Source: Catajapyx aquilonaris (lineage: Eukaryota). Taken from it: a DNA stretch of 64,000 nucleotides. This document shows positions 51,010-64,000 of this stretch, one piece after another (the stretch's first letter is position 1; the number at the start of each line of letters is the position of its first letter). The position numbers and the translations under genes were made by a program. The stretch spans positions 1 to 64,000 of the forward strand of contig JYFJ02000986.1 in the NCBI GenBank assembly GCA_000934665.2. The letters run 5' to 3'. The notes beneath the pieces were generated by a model that made no database searches, had not been told where the DNA came from, and saw nothing but the letters and a program-made list of their open reading frames with translations.

Positions 51010-54000
51010 CTGTGTCATCAGACATTTCCGGTACCGTACTTTCTTGTCCAACATTTCAAGTGGGACGTCTTCACTCATCCTCCAAATAGTCCATAACTTT
51101 CATATAGTGACTTTCAGCATACGAAAATGGTCAGGCGAGAATACAATGGCAGACACAGTCGAAGGCTTGGCGGGGAAAGTGCTCAACAGAGGCTTACAAA
51201 ATCTGGCACCATGGTTCGAAAAATGCTCGATCGAAATGGCGTTCGTGTGCAGCAGTAGCTAAAATATGTACAAGGGTTGGTCAAATGAAAAGTGCAATAA
51301 TTTTTAAAACCCGCCGTTTGGAATAACGTTCGAAAGGGACAGTTGCAGATTCATACGGTACTCATAACTTCAGGCAGTTTATCGATAGGTGGACAGGGAG
51401 TTGGACATCACCGGTTTTTAAAATATTTCAGTCGCAATCACGTGACTGCATGAGTTTTGTTCTTTTTATGTACCAAATCGAACACTTTTTAATATTATCT
51501 TCGGTGAATTTCTGAAGGAATGCAAACATCAAACAGATGCAGTCAATTTCACACTACACCTAACGACGAACTGACTGATGTTAGGCGAACCATACGAGTC
51601 CACAAAAGAACTCTCAAACGGCTTCCAAACAGAGAGCTTTTAAAAATTTTAAAGCCGCGTTTTCATTTTCATTTGATCAAGCTATGTACCGGTACTGTAA
51701 TGTGGCTCTGTTGATATTTGACGGGATATTGTTTATAATAATAGCCCCCCCCCCTCCCATGGCCACAGCCCAACGGGGTAAAAATATATACAGTAAACTG
51801 TAATAATAATAGTCCAAATAATACTTTTGAAACTCATTTCTCTGTTGATCATATATGTTTAATATTTAATGGACGCATTCATTGCTAGGCCCAACATTGC
51901 CAAAAATTTTGAGATTATCCCATTGGGAGAATTTCATATGGAACTGCTGTCCTAGGAGGTCAATGGTTGAAGCTTTCATGTCAGGATGAACCATCCTGCA
52001 CATGTAATAAATAGGGTATTCTATTCCACTGTTACATTAAGGTTTTGATAACCCCCAAGAGTAAAAATATAGTAAATAACTTAAATAACAGCTTGGGGTC
52101 AAAAAATTGCTAACTAATAATGCTATAGCTAATAATGATATTAATTGGAATATGCTGTTTAGGCATACAGGATATGTCGCACTTACGGATGAGCCTATCC
52201 CAAGTGGATTCTTAGGCCAAAACAAATTGTAACATGAAAATGTATAAGAAATGTCGCCGCATTTACTGGTAAATATGTAGATACTGTATTACACATTTGG
52301 TACAGGAAGACATCTTCAGACGTGCACCTTAATCCACATGATATATTGCACTCACATCCTGCTGTAACTTATATGAATAAATTGTCGGCAACTAGCTTGT
52401 GAAGCCAAAATACCCCACCACTTCTCCTCCTGTACAAAGGGAACATTATTTTTTCTAGAGGATAGGAATCTATGTTTTCCAGAATCATTATGAAACACCC
52501 TGTATTTTAAGGTGGGCATAATTATTACGCAACCTACTGATATGCAGCCAGCAATAGCTGTTGGCATTTTTCCATCCCATTGGACTATGCCACATGTCAT
52601 GAATGACCCCATTTTCAGAGGCCTTTTATCAATTGCTCTAAACTTTGACGGCCCTCAGGGCAGCCCATGGGCGTTTAGGAGCGAGTGATCTACAATCGCT
52701 GGACCAGCATTTTCTTCTATTTTAATCAAAAGTAGAGAAGTATCTAAATGTCTTGTTGTTTCCTTGCTAGACATACCTATCTGTGTGATAGACCTACTCT
52801 GGCCGTTTTATGAGTACACAGCTTGATGAAAATAATGAAAACTACAAGTTGTAGTTTTCATTTTTTTATATTCAAAACTCACAGAATCTGGTTAAAGATG
52901 GCGGAGGCCTCCTTTTGACATTCATCACTATAAAGAGCGCCGTTATTCGATCTGGTGCATAGAAATGACAAACACATCGAAATACTGCGGGTACGGGTAC
53001 ATGCAAAATGTGGACATGCTATGTATTTTGCACACACGTATTTGCGACTGGCATGAAAATATTCAGATGTCACAGCTCGATTTGCCTCGCCTTGCGCCTA
53101 TTCGACTATTTTCACGTTTCTGAATTTTTTTACATCACTCGTAGACAAGTACTGATGGGTATACTGTACAGGGTAGAATCATATTGTGCATGTACTGTAC
53201 TCGCCGAAAGATTCGATGGCTTTTGTACAGTACTTTAATGCAAAAAACGCTTTCTTTTATTCTTTGGTGCATGTTTGAAGAGGTGCATCCAAGTAGCAGA
53301 TACTGTACGACTCATATTTCATCTACAGAAAAACTGTCCGAATTTATGAGTATCTTATGAATTTGCAATTGTCTCTTGCGAGCAGCATCCCAAACTGCGC
53401 GTTTTTTTACGTTTGGCATTCCTTTCGTTTTCATTTGAACAGCAATCGTATATTACAAATGGCAGGGTTGAGGGCAACTGGGAATATTTTAGCTTCTGGA
53501 ACTCACAGAAAACTATAGTCTTGGCGAAGGTATTTAATGTCGCGGTGTTTAAAATAAAACCTGCTGAGTTGAAGTTTTCCTCGCACTTATCCTGGAAAGT
53601 CGTGTAAAAGGAACTTTGGGCAAAATATCGGCAATCGGGTATGGAACGGGTATTTCCACAATGACGGACACTTAGCTACACTTCCGCGGTATGCTGTTAA
53701 GAAGGTACGTGGGATTTTCTCGGTCCAGCATTCCGGAGCCATTCAGTGCCCTCCCTTTTTTTTGGCAAATGTATCCTTACTGGGTCTGGCTTAGGATAAA
53801 AGCCGCCCCCCCCCTCCCCCCAAAAAAGACGTCTGCGAGACAAACGGTGGACGGATATTGCGTTTTCCCGCCCTGCAAAAATCCAGGGCTTCTGGATGCT
53901 GATAAGGCGGCATGTGTCGCTATTGGAATCCAATCGAATCTCCTACGAACAGAATTAGGTTTCGCCAGGATTCGCCCTTTTTTTTGCAAACCTTCCGGCA

Positions 54001-55946
54001 AAAAAACGGCCATTCTCACTTTTTCGGTGCCTTTCAACACGTGTTGTTTTCATATTGGCTCCTGGAATTTGTGTACAAGTCCGACGATAAATCCAGCCCC
54101 GCTTTGAAAATGGGGTGGAGAAAGCCGGTGGAAGGCGGGCGGTGCCATGTTCCGTGACTAACTTACTCCTTTTTTGTCGGCCAGCGTTTCCAGATGGAAT
54201 GCAAGTAAGAAAAATCTATATGCATCCGGGCTCTTGAGTTATATCATACATTTTCTAGGGCACGTAGGGAAATAAGTTTCAATTTAAATATTAAATAATT
54301 TTGTAATACCTCTTTTTTTACTTGAGACAATAGTTACATTAAATGCTATTCCACTCCAAGCAGGGGATTTAGCTACACGTCACTTGATAACAGCTAAAAC
54401 AGTTACACAGTCGGGCCCATTGTTGCCAAGTTATCCAGAGAAAGCTAGCATTTATTTTTTCTCCTCCTCCATAGCTGCTGCGGAAACAATGAGTTGAAGC
54501 ATAAACCTAGGTGGGATTTAGTGCAAGGAGCAAAGGCCGTTGCCTTTTCCGAGCCCCGCCCCATTGTACAATGGGCTTTCAAAGTGTTCTCCGAATAATC
54601 CAATTGCAACTTTCCGGTTTAGGAGAGGGAGGGTGGGGGAGTGCAGGAGGTAGGGAAGGGGGGGGGGGGGCGTGGGAGTAGAAGTTTTCAGGCTGCCAGA
54701 GGGAAATTTCTCATCAGGAACAAGTGGAGCGGACTTCTACGCCCGTTTCACTCTCTTCATTAATATTAGACAGTGAGAGGTAACAGACTGACTTCCTCTC
54801 TGCTCGACATCTGTGATCACTCTGCAATCTCAAATGCTTTCAAGGCGTCGGGGCGACAACAGGGGTTTCCGAAGAGGTATAATGCACTGCACGGGAGAAA
54901 TGTCGCTGGTGTTGTAAGGGGGCTTCAGCACACGCATGTGCCTGCGCATGCACAGTTTATCAGTGATCAGATGCATCATGTGGCATGAATATATTGCCTC
55001 TGTGTCCAGAATCTCACCAGAATGTCATATAATGGCTTTTATGTAACGGGTTTTAACGGTTTTCCTGTAACGGCCGATGTTTTTTTCCTGAAATCCCTCG
55101 GTAATATAGTAATCTCATGAATTCCGTCCCTCCGGAGGTTGCTCTTTACTTTCCGACCCCGTAAGTCCCTGGACGGATGTACACTTTCATATTGCAGCCT
55201 GGCTTCCCCGTTCTTCGCCGAGACCACTTCTTTCCTGAGTCTCCCTGTATATCGATTTGGCCAGTGGGCTGGGTTGCCTTGTGGCTGCTACATCTCTTCA
55301 TTACAAACAGTTAGAGAAAATAGTGCAACAGATGAATAAGTAATCAGGATATACAATCATGATGAGTCTAAACTCCAGATCAATCTCCCACTGCACTGGT
55401 GGCTCTAGGAGGCTCTTGGTACAAAAGATGCCATAATTGTAGTAATGAGAAATATCAAATATCCAATCGTTTACGACGTAGATGACAATGACCTCAACGG
55501 GTGGCTAATGGAATATAATCTATAATCATGTTTATTGAGGCATGAACATCTCTGGTCTTCACTTGTGGTGAGTTCAGTGGCACGGAGTTCAGCCTCTGGG
55601 GCATAAACATGGCTTTAAGTAGGTGGGAAGTCATGGATACTATGTTAATCATAGAACATGGGCTTCCCTCAGTTTATAAGACTCGTTCAGTGAACAACTT
55701 TCATACTTATGTCCTTCTATGAGGAGAGACGATTTTATTGTTCATATGTGGTTGGACATCAGCTTGTTCGCATTTCAGTTTTACAAGGTACCGGTACCCC
55801 TATAAGGGCCACTTGTTTGAAATCCTATGTCAAATCCCTCATATTAACGTATAGGCATTCACATTACCGGCATTAGCGATTAGCCGACATAATCAGTGAG
55901 TTTCCTCTTTTGCTTTCTTACAACAGGCCTAAATTGGTGTTACTCA

Positions 55947-56411
55947 CAAGGGAAGTGTCTGTAGGGCCATCGGCCAATCGGCCCGAAAATGACACTAGGG
56001 GTAAATCGCAGGCCAGAAATTCATTGGTGAAAGTAAAAAGTTGCATTAGCCAAGCGTTTTCGAGATATGGGCGACTATAGGTGCCCGGCAAACCTGCTCG
56101 GTGACAATGGGGCGCATTCGGCAGAAGAAATTATAAACAGTNCCCCCCCCCCCCTCCCTCGTCTCGGAGCATCGTTTTCTTTTTCGTTCTTCCCCAACAC
56201 CGTTTATCACCGCATATCTTCCCTTTTGCAATCAACAGGAATAAATAAACAGCTTGCTGGGAAGTGCATTACTTTTTTTTTCTTCTGCCGATGCTCGAAA
56301 ACGGTTGGCTAATGTGACTTTTTACTTTCACCAATGAATTTCTGGCCTGCGATTTACCCCTAGTGTCATTTTCGGGCCGATTGGCCGATGGCCCTACAGA
56401 CACTTCCCTTG
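55947..56411. mobile_element. Foldback MITE, CAAGGGAAG termini, 3-bp TSD
   Basis: About 117-bp near-perfect TIRs with TCA on both sides (55944-55946 and 56412-56414). Confidence 0.85.
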
Positions 56412-56554
56412 TCAGTTCCTTCTGAATGGTTACTTTTCTATGGCAGTAGTTCTAATGGGCTCATTCCCCATCAAAATGCATAGATATTTCACTTCCGTAG
56501 AATATTAGCAACTGATATTTTTTTCGTAACCACCAAAACTTCTTAAGTTATATA

Positions 56555-56767
56555 CAGGGTGTCCCAAGTTCAAATGACGGTTTCATGTGTGCGCCTCCTT
56601 TTTTCCAGGTCAACCCAGCAGGACACATACGTCTGAACTGTTACCTCTTCGGCGTCATCGAAAATATTAGACGCCAATAGAAGCTACATGTAATGAATCC
56701 TGCTGGGATGACCTGGAAAAAAAGTAGGTGACCACATGAAACCGTCACTTGAACTTTGGACACCCTG
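56555..56767. mobile_element. Tc1/mariner-type MITE (CAGGGTG termini)
   Basis: TA|CAGGGTGTCCCAAGTTCAAATGACGG ... CCGTCACTTGAACTTTGGACACCCTG|TA, about 70-bp TIRs. Confidence 0.85.
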
Positions 56768-57692
56768 TATAAAGCAAAAAAGCAAACTAAGACGGACATT
56801 TAAATTGTAACACCCCTTCACCCCTTCCGGAATAATCTACTGAAATTAGCTCTATATTTTTCTTCTAGAGTACACCGAAATTTGTACAAAAATTATTCCA
56901 GGGGATTAAAATATTAAAACAATATTACAGTACATATACTAAAAGGTTTCCCAATGCACTCCCAAATCTACCGTTAATCTACGTGAATAAGCTACTTATG
57001 TATTAGCCCTAACAATGTCAGGCATGGTGTCTTGTAAATAACTATTACAGGTGAAGGAGAGTACTTGCTGCAGCCTTTAATTACTCAAGGAGATGTAAGT
57101 AACCTGATAGCAAGCAAAGCAGGCAGTTAGTGTTACGTTGTCCTGCTTAACATGATTGTTATTATGTAGCTGCAGTTGCAATTAAAAGCATATATCAACT
57201 TGGGGGACTGAAAGATTGGTGCAATTTCGTTGGAACAAGGAAATTAAGACTTTTGCAGTGGGCGTTATTAGCACGAGTGAAAATGTAGGATTATTGTATC
57301 CGTGTTGCGGAAAATAATTACGGCTTTACGGTCGCGTTGCCGGAGAATAATTAAGTGTAATCAGGGTACATGTGAGCAGCTACCAGTAATCTCGGTTCTG
57401 GACGTTTAATTCCCTTTCTCAATTGCATGCTCCTCCCTTTGTGACATCATGTACAGATGAGGTTACCTGAACTTGCCTTAGTCCGGTAACATAATTATTA
57501 TGAGAACCTGAAATGTAATACGATCAGACACGCTTGAATATTATTTCTTGTTACGTATATGGGTTTGAAGATTGGATTATCCCTTTTTGGATCAATATCA
57601 TTATTATTATTATCAACAATTTTATAGGGCCCTATTGACTATTGTTTCTCTCATAAACCTGTCTTTACCATCAGAGAACCCCTTTCGCCTAC

Positions 57693-57742
57693 CCTCTAGA
57701 GACCCAATGTATAGCATATACTATACATTGGGTCTCTAGAGG
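57693..57742. repeat. 50-bp hairpin (22-bp perfect arms, 6-nt loop)
   Basis: CCTCTAGAGACCCAATGTATAG-catata-CTATACATTGGGTCTCTAGAGG, flanked by CTAC on both sides. Confidence 0.85.
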
Positions 57743-58489
57743 CTACTGTAAAAATTTCTAACTCCATGAAGACCATCAGATATTCACATCCTTCCTGTAA
57801 TAATTTATTAACATGATTCATCAAACAAAATGTAGTTCATACCTAGTTAGCACTATATTATGGTACTTTTACTTTCAATGTAATAATAGCAATGACTTAC
57901 ATTTACTAGTAATTTTTGTAGTAATTTTAATGAGACCACCGGCTGCATCGTTTTGGTCACACGAGCTATGAGAATTGGATTTAGCAACAGTATCACAGCA
58001 GTACAGCACAAGAAATATTGACCCATTCCATGCTTGTCTCATATTTACTTTTAATTAAAGAGCTTAAGTGAACTGAAATAATAATAATACATTAACAAAG
58101 GCGAATATAAACCTAGCAAATTTCAGGAACTGTGTCATACCAAGTACGTATTAGTAACAACTTACTGCTTTGTAGATTTAATGTGGTGGGCTTGTTTGTC
58201 GAATTCGTTGTCAACATGTAAACAGCAATAAACCCTAAAACAGAATTTTAATCAGGCTTATAGGGTAAAAGGGTTAATTTTAAGGCAGAGTTCCGACACC
58301 ACGATAATTGCGTGACCAAAACTAATGATGATATGTGGATCCCCAAACAACATCTTTTCCGGCACCAACCTCAACAAACATTATTTTCATTCCCTCCCGT
58401 TTGTCACCCGCATGCAAATGTTTGCACATCCTCTCTACCTCATGTTATAAAGCAACGTTGATATGCTATGATTAAGCCAGTTTCAACTA

Positions 58490-59088
58490 AGTAAAACTTC
58501 TATAAGGCGAATCTCCATGGGACAGGGAAAAAACCTCGAGTTATATAAGATTCGAATTAGAGAAGTTTTGAATTTTTAAGCACATAACTCTATATAAGGT
58601 AGCCTACCTTTATATCCAGCGACGAAAGGTGTTCAAGACTTAAAAATAACTGTCACTATCACACTTACAATGTTCCTCGTTATTTTGTTGTAAAAAAAAA
58701 CTCAGTGATGGGCATTTGTCTACTCTTAGATTCAAGGATTTAATTGTCACAATCGAGTCAAACCCTTCTTTCGGTACGTCTGGAAGACGGAGATCAGGAA
58801 CTTGAGCCTTTCTGTAGACATGTGCCCTCCTCTCGACCCTTCGTCTGGGAAATTATGAAATTTTCCGTACTCGCCAACATGAACGTGGACTTAGGGAGAC
58901 TGAAAATGCATTGATATCCCATCGTAAGGCCCTGCCTGCACTTCGAGTTATGGAGAACTTCGAGTTATAGAAATTCGAGTTAGGGAAGTTTATTTCCTAT
59001 TATTTTACATTGTGACCAACCAAGCTCATCATTTTCTTCGACTTGTAGAGAACTTCGACTTAGGGAAGTTCGACTTGAAGTTTTACTG
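58490..59088. mobile_element. Degenerate Tigger/pogo-like MITE
   Basis: AGTAAAACTTC ... GAAGTTTTACTG|TA with repeated TTCGA[G/C]TT subterminal motifs. Confidence 0.6.
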
Positions 59089-59801
59089 TATGCTGTGACT
59101 TTGAGATGACAAAGTTTTTATGTTCAGAGTTTTAAGGTCTGAACTCATATCGACTTGAAACTACGACTTGTGCGTCAAAGTCGTACTTTTGCGTGTGCGT
59201 TTCCATGGCCTTGTTTTCTTGGGAAAGAGGACTGTTTCCATATCGACTTGTGCGTCAAAGTCGAACTTGTGCGTGTTCGAATCCATCCCGCCGCGCCGGC
59301 TGCGCATGCGCGTGCAGTTCCATCCCCGAGGGCACATGCGCACGTTAGGGAACATATGTGCCAAGCGGTATCTTCTTATCACAAAATGCAACGTTAAAAA
59401 CGCTCAGGTCATCCCAGGCCATGTTGGCAACACCGCACTGATAACTCGTGAGCTAAGGGGGGCCTATCAGTTGCCTGCAACTCTGGAATTGCTCCTATAG
59501 GCCTAAGGAACATAATTATGTGCCAAGTGGCACCTTCTTATCACAAAGTGCAAGGTTAGGCCTGATTTTTGCGCTTAGGGCCCGGACTAATATTATATTT
59601 TCATGTCATATTTACTGACGCTATAGTTTCGACCGCATGGGTAAAATTCTGTGACATTCCACGGCATAATAATTTATTGGTTTATATTGTATGTTCCTTC
59701 ATTTGTAGTCACCAACCAGGATTTCTTGTCAGTCCAGTTTTTGTCGCAGTTTTGCTTCCACTTTATGCTGTCACAAACACACCCAGTTCTGTTCTGAATT
59801 A

Positions 59802-60092
59802 GCTGTGGGGACGTGAAAATTCCACTTTTCGAAGCTAGTGTAAACTAACCTAACCTAACCTAACCTAACCTACCCTACCCGACCCTACCTAAACTACCCT
59901 ACCCTCACTCATCTAGGCTGAGAAAAATGGACTTTTGTGAAACCCTACGAATGAAAATAGTAGGGACATGTCCCCACAATTTTTTTTACGTCCCCACTGT
60001 AATAGTACACAGCGCGTGTTTTTTTAGTGGGGACACATGTCCCCACAGCTATAGTAAAATCACAAAAACACACAAACTTCCGTCCCCTGAGC
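59802..60092 (-). mobile_element. Second copy of the GGGGAC / (CCTAA)n MITE
   Basis: Reverse complement of 23203-23566, flanked by TTA / TAA. Confidence 0.75.
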
Positions 60093-61918
60093 TAATGCAA
60101 GACCTGTACAACTGTCTCAGGAGGAGGTCAAACTTTATCCTGGGCGAATTGAGTTGGGGAGAGACGATATGGCGGGGGGATGGGGAGAAGGTCCTGCCAC
60201 ACGGGTAAGGGTAAGCCTCTCTTTCTTTTTGGAGGTAGTCCAAATAGATCTCCTAACAAGCTGCGGATGTTCCATCCTCCATTCATTCCATCTGTCGCTT
60301 CAGACCACAACTGTTTCAAATTTGGCAAAATCCAGATGGTCACCAGATTGCGATATGTATAAGTTTTTATGCATTTTGTTCGCAGCTGTCCTTCCATATT
60401 ACCAGGAAGTAGAAAGAAATTGAACCTCTTTAAATGTCTGTTATTACAAATAGTTTGTACCGCGCCTTCACTGTATATCGGTGTGGGGTCGAGGTTTTCA
60501 TTAGTTGTCTACGGTCAGCATGAAAAAAAAATAATGTAATTTACCCTGACTCACCCGTGACAGCTTTTTTGAGAATTTCCCCGACAGTTGGTCCATAAGC
60601 TAATCGGAGATTTTCTCATTGATTTGCAGTCACACAACCGGATTCTAATGCCAGCTACTCTAGAGTCACAGCTTTTAATGCCCTTGCACAACTAGTCATG
60701 AAAGTTCGTTCATAAATTATGTGGCTCATTTTTGGAGAAGGGGATGTAGGTTAGGGTTACATAATTTACGTCACATGACACTACATTATTTGTGGCGTTG
60801 TCGGAATAATGTCAAACACACTATAAATATGGATAGGCCTTTGTGACACGGTAATGAGGAATCAGGATTAAGAATTTATTTATCAAGGATGAAGTGATAC
60901 CGCTACATGGTAATACAGTGCGTAATAATTCCCTACATAATTACGTAGGTATAGAGCCTCAAAACTGCAGCAAGACCCTTTTGGGATTCATGATCAATTT
61001 GTCATTCCGCAAATTGTAGCGATCAATTTAACAGTAATATTTTAGAAAGGGTGTCGAGAGTGTTATGGAAATAAATATATTTTTGCCAGTTTTATGCTAA
61101 CAAGTTGGGACACATTGGTGCTTTATACACGAGTAGTCTTATGTTTGCGAATAAAAATAGTCCAAGTATCACTAAACTGCTGACGTAAGTAAGTTCTCTC
61201 ACCTTCATGTGATCCAGATAAAAAAACACTATACACAATTAATTTTCTGACTAGGGATATTTTACATACCAGTTTTGTAACAATTGCATATTTTTTTGTG
61301 CAGCGGGGCTCTCTCCTCTCTTGTTTCAACGGGCTATAACTCAGCATCCACCTTCACCTTTTGCAAAGGCAAGAACTTATTTTTTCGAGGTTACTGAGAA
61401 AAGGACTAACAGGTGGGAGTAGTTGATGAAATAAGTTCTGCAACAGGAGAAGTCATTATTTATTCTACTATGTACTTAGTCAAGGGCACAGTCTTGTCCT
61501 ATGGTCATTATCCACGACCCTGTTCCTGCGAACTTTGAGGAAAGTGGAACACAATAATTTATTGCATGACTCGAAAAGAAAAACTGTGACAACGACACGC
61601 ACGTAGACTACCGTACCGTTTTTCGAGCCAAAATTTGAACCGCAAAATTTGATGTCCACGAATGTGGCAGGATGATGAATAAGATTATTGCTTTTTATTT
61701 TATATTTTTGTAAGATTTACAAAAGCCTCCAGGAAGAAAATGGATATGGGCAGGCACCTCGCTCGCGACCAGCCCCCGGACACCTCCCCTACAATCTTAT
61801 CTTATCTCCTGCCGGGGCGTTTTGCATGAGGTGCTCACCTGAGAGCGCCATGAGACCTTTCACTGCACTGATATGTGGCGACCCTACCGGACTACGCTGA
61901 ACTTTATAGGTACGAAAG

Positions 61919-62438
61919 TGGGGAGACGGAGTGGCGCCACGGTAACGTGCGCGCCCACGGATGTTAAGGTCTCGGGATCAAATCCCGCGCGGGGACACCC
62001 CCTTCATCCCGTGAAGAGTGTGGGTCGTCTCTGGCTTCGTTTCTGGGTGGAATATCCAATAGACAAATCCACCCGGGGGAGTTCACAAAATGACCTTGTA
62101 CAGTACTGGCCAATAATCGAGGCAACGACTAGCGACATTTTACCGAAGCGGCAGAAGAAGGAATCGAAGATAAGCATGCTAGAAGCCGGGCGAGCAAGAT
62201 TCCTTCTTCTGCCGCTTCGAGAAAATGTCGCTAGTCGTTGCCTCGATTATTGGCCAGTACTGTACCGCATTGCACTGCACTTTGCACATCCCCTCCTGTC
62301 ATCCCCTATCGCTCGCGGTACCCGGGCGTTATGGAAAAGGACCAAAAATGTAGCTGTACACCTAAAAGCGAAATAAAGGTATCGTGCCAGATGCCCTCAA
62401 TGGGCGGCGCACTAACCCCAATTGTTATTATTATTATT
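61919..62438 (+). mobile_element. tRNA-derived SINE, head type A, (TTA)n tail (tail resumes near 63329)
   Basis: Head GGGGAGACGGAGTGGCGCCACGGTAAC. 14-bp TSD TATAGGTACGAAAG at 61905-61918 and 63343-63356. Confidence 0.85.
62101..62262. mobile_element. Palindromic TA-flanked MITE inside a SINE
   Basis: TA|CAGTACTGGCCAATAATCGAGGCAACGACTAGCGACATTT ... AAATGTCGCTAGTCGTTGCCTCGATTATTGGCCAGTACTG|TA. Confidence 0.88.
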
Positions 62439-62538
62439 AAACTAGCGCACCCGTAGCCAAAATTTGGCAATACCTGCAATGAGGAAGACAATGGTAATGA
62501 AAAAATTGAATGAGAGGGCTCGCTACGGGTGCGCTAGT

Positions 62539-62709
62539 GTGGATATAGTTTCGATGGGTTCTCTCCGTGTTCGCGTGGGTTTTCTCGGGGGTTCTCCCGT
62601 TTCCTCTCACAATCAAAATCCATCACAGCAAAGGCAATGATTAAAGTCGGTCAATTAAAAGATGATCCCCTAAAAAGCTCAAGGAGGCTTATCACGGGGT
62701 ATCCATTAT
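62539..62709 (+). mobile_element. 5'-truncated SINE type C (V-domain-like core and tail)
   Basis: Collinear with 46698-46872; ends TATCACGGGGTATCCATTAT. Confidence 0.8.
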
Positions 62710-63751
62710 CTCCACTGTCATCTGTTGTGGCCCCGCCAGGCAGTTCGTCTCCCTGCAGGATATCTTTAGGTAATGCGGAGAGAAAGCGGAGCTGGGCGAT
62801 TACGTGGGTTTCGTATCCGCAACATTTACAGTACTGTCCGTCTTGTGGCGGCGGAGGCCAACGGACGTTATTGTGGCTTTGCCAACCTCCAATCCCCTGC
62901 TGATCCCACCGCTGATATCTTGTTTGCTTGCTCCGGGAGGTTCATGCTACGCCGCCAAATAAGTCGCAATGGTTTACTCTTAGCCAAGCTATCCGCTGAA
63001 AATGATAATAAGTTGCTAGATCCGGATCCAAGATGGCGGCATAGTTAGAAAGTGGGGCTGAAAGTAGCAGCGTATATGACAGCTTTCTGAATATTCTGAG
63101 GCTCAGATTGAATCAGTTGGCAGACCTGTATTGGCGGGAAATGAAAGAGGTGGCGGTTAGGACTTTTGGCGGGAAGGGAAAGTGGCGGCCTGATGAATTA
63201 GTGCCGTACTGACCAAAAGGTAGCAACACTCCCTTGGCCGCCGCCAAAGGCCGCCAAGGGAGTGCTGCCACCTTTTTCGTCACGGCACTACTTCTTCAGG
63301 CTGCAACATCTGGCGTTCCAGACAAGGCTATTATTATGGGGATATAGGTACGAAAGGGAAGCGCTACACTGGGCGACCCAACATGGTCGCCGGCGGCCAT
63401 GTTGGGTCGCCCAATGTAGCGCTTCCCTTTCGTACCTATAAAGTTCAGAGTAGTCCGGTAGGGTCGCCACATAATAGCTCCGTGAAAGGTCTCATGACGC
63501 TCTCAGGTGACCACCTCATGCAAAACGCTCCGGCTGGCGGTAAGTGGGAGTGTCCAGACCTTAGTATTCTAAGACCATGCTCTCGACAGATCCATCTGTA
63601 CCATGGGATGATTATTTTCTTCAGTACATAATATAAAATTACATTAGGGTGTGTCAGGAACACAAGCCGCAGCTTTTGACGTGAATACGTCTTTAAAATC
63701 GGATCAGAATTGTGGGGAGTGAATTGATTGCTTATTATCAGTATGCCTATT

Positions 63752-63812
63752 GAAGTCTGGACACATGCATGGTAATCCTAAAGTCTGGACACATGCATGG
63801 TGACCCTAAAGA
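63752..63812. repeat. Short tandem repeat, ~29-bp unit
   Basis: AAGTCTGGACACATGCATGGT-A-CCTAA occurs twice, followed by decayed copies. Confidence 0.7.
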
Positions 63813-63974
63813 GTCTCGACCGTCGGTCTCGACACTCATGGTGACCCTTCTAAGAATTTCCCTGCATGCCCCCCTGCATGCCCCCGCCATGGGCCCCATG
63901 GCAGGGTACTGACTATAACACTCACACGCCACTTCGGATATAGTAGACTCGGATATATAGTAAACTCGGTTATA

Positions 63975-64000
63975 CAGGGTGTATCTGAACTCAGTGCCCC
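63975..64000 (+). mobile_element. Probable left end of another CAGGGTG MITE, cut by the window edge
   Basis: TA|CAGGGTGTATCTGAACTCA resembles the 49434 terminus; the other end is not visible. Confidence 0.45.

Larger units (their letters stand above)
61770..63579 (-). mobile_element. Second copy of the 8-bp-TSD internal-palindrome element, split by a 1.4-kb nested insertion
   Basis: TSD CTCGCGAC / CTCTCGAC at 61762-61769 and 63580-63587. Removing 61919-63356 leaves 372 bp collinear with the reverse complement of 11489-11862. Confidence 0.8.

Noticed and set aside
56142..56142. Ambiguous base N beside a poly-C run
   Set aside because: Sequencing or assembly uncertainty, not a biological feature.

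Overview
Eukaryotic, most likely insect, genomic DNA that is gene-poor and rich in transposons. One protein-coding gene is supported: a six-coding-exon kekkon-family LRR+Ig single-pass receptor on the + strand (CDS 27359-34225, about 789 aa). From memory of the Drosophila family it is most like kek3. The rest of the window is short non-autonomous mobile DNA: palindromic MITEs (TA-flanked Tc1/mariner/pogo-like, hAT-like, Sola-like and 3-bp-TSD foldbacks), at least four tRNA-headed SINE types, and microsatellites. Many of these are nested inside one another with readable target-site duplications (TSDs). No intact transposase, reverse transcriptase, true tRNA/rRNA or CRISPR was found. The strongest novelty candidates are (i) a mix-and-match SINE set in which different tRNA heads combine with two different 3' tails, one head carrying a V-domain-like core, and (ii) a ~373-bp element with 8-bp TSDs, dissimilar ends and an internal ~290-bp palindrome whose arms change in concert. 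Family assignments come from recalled terminal/TSD rules, not from database searches.
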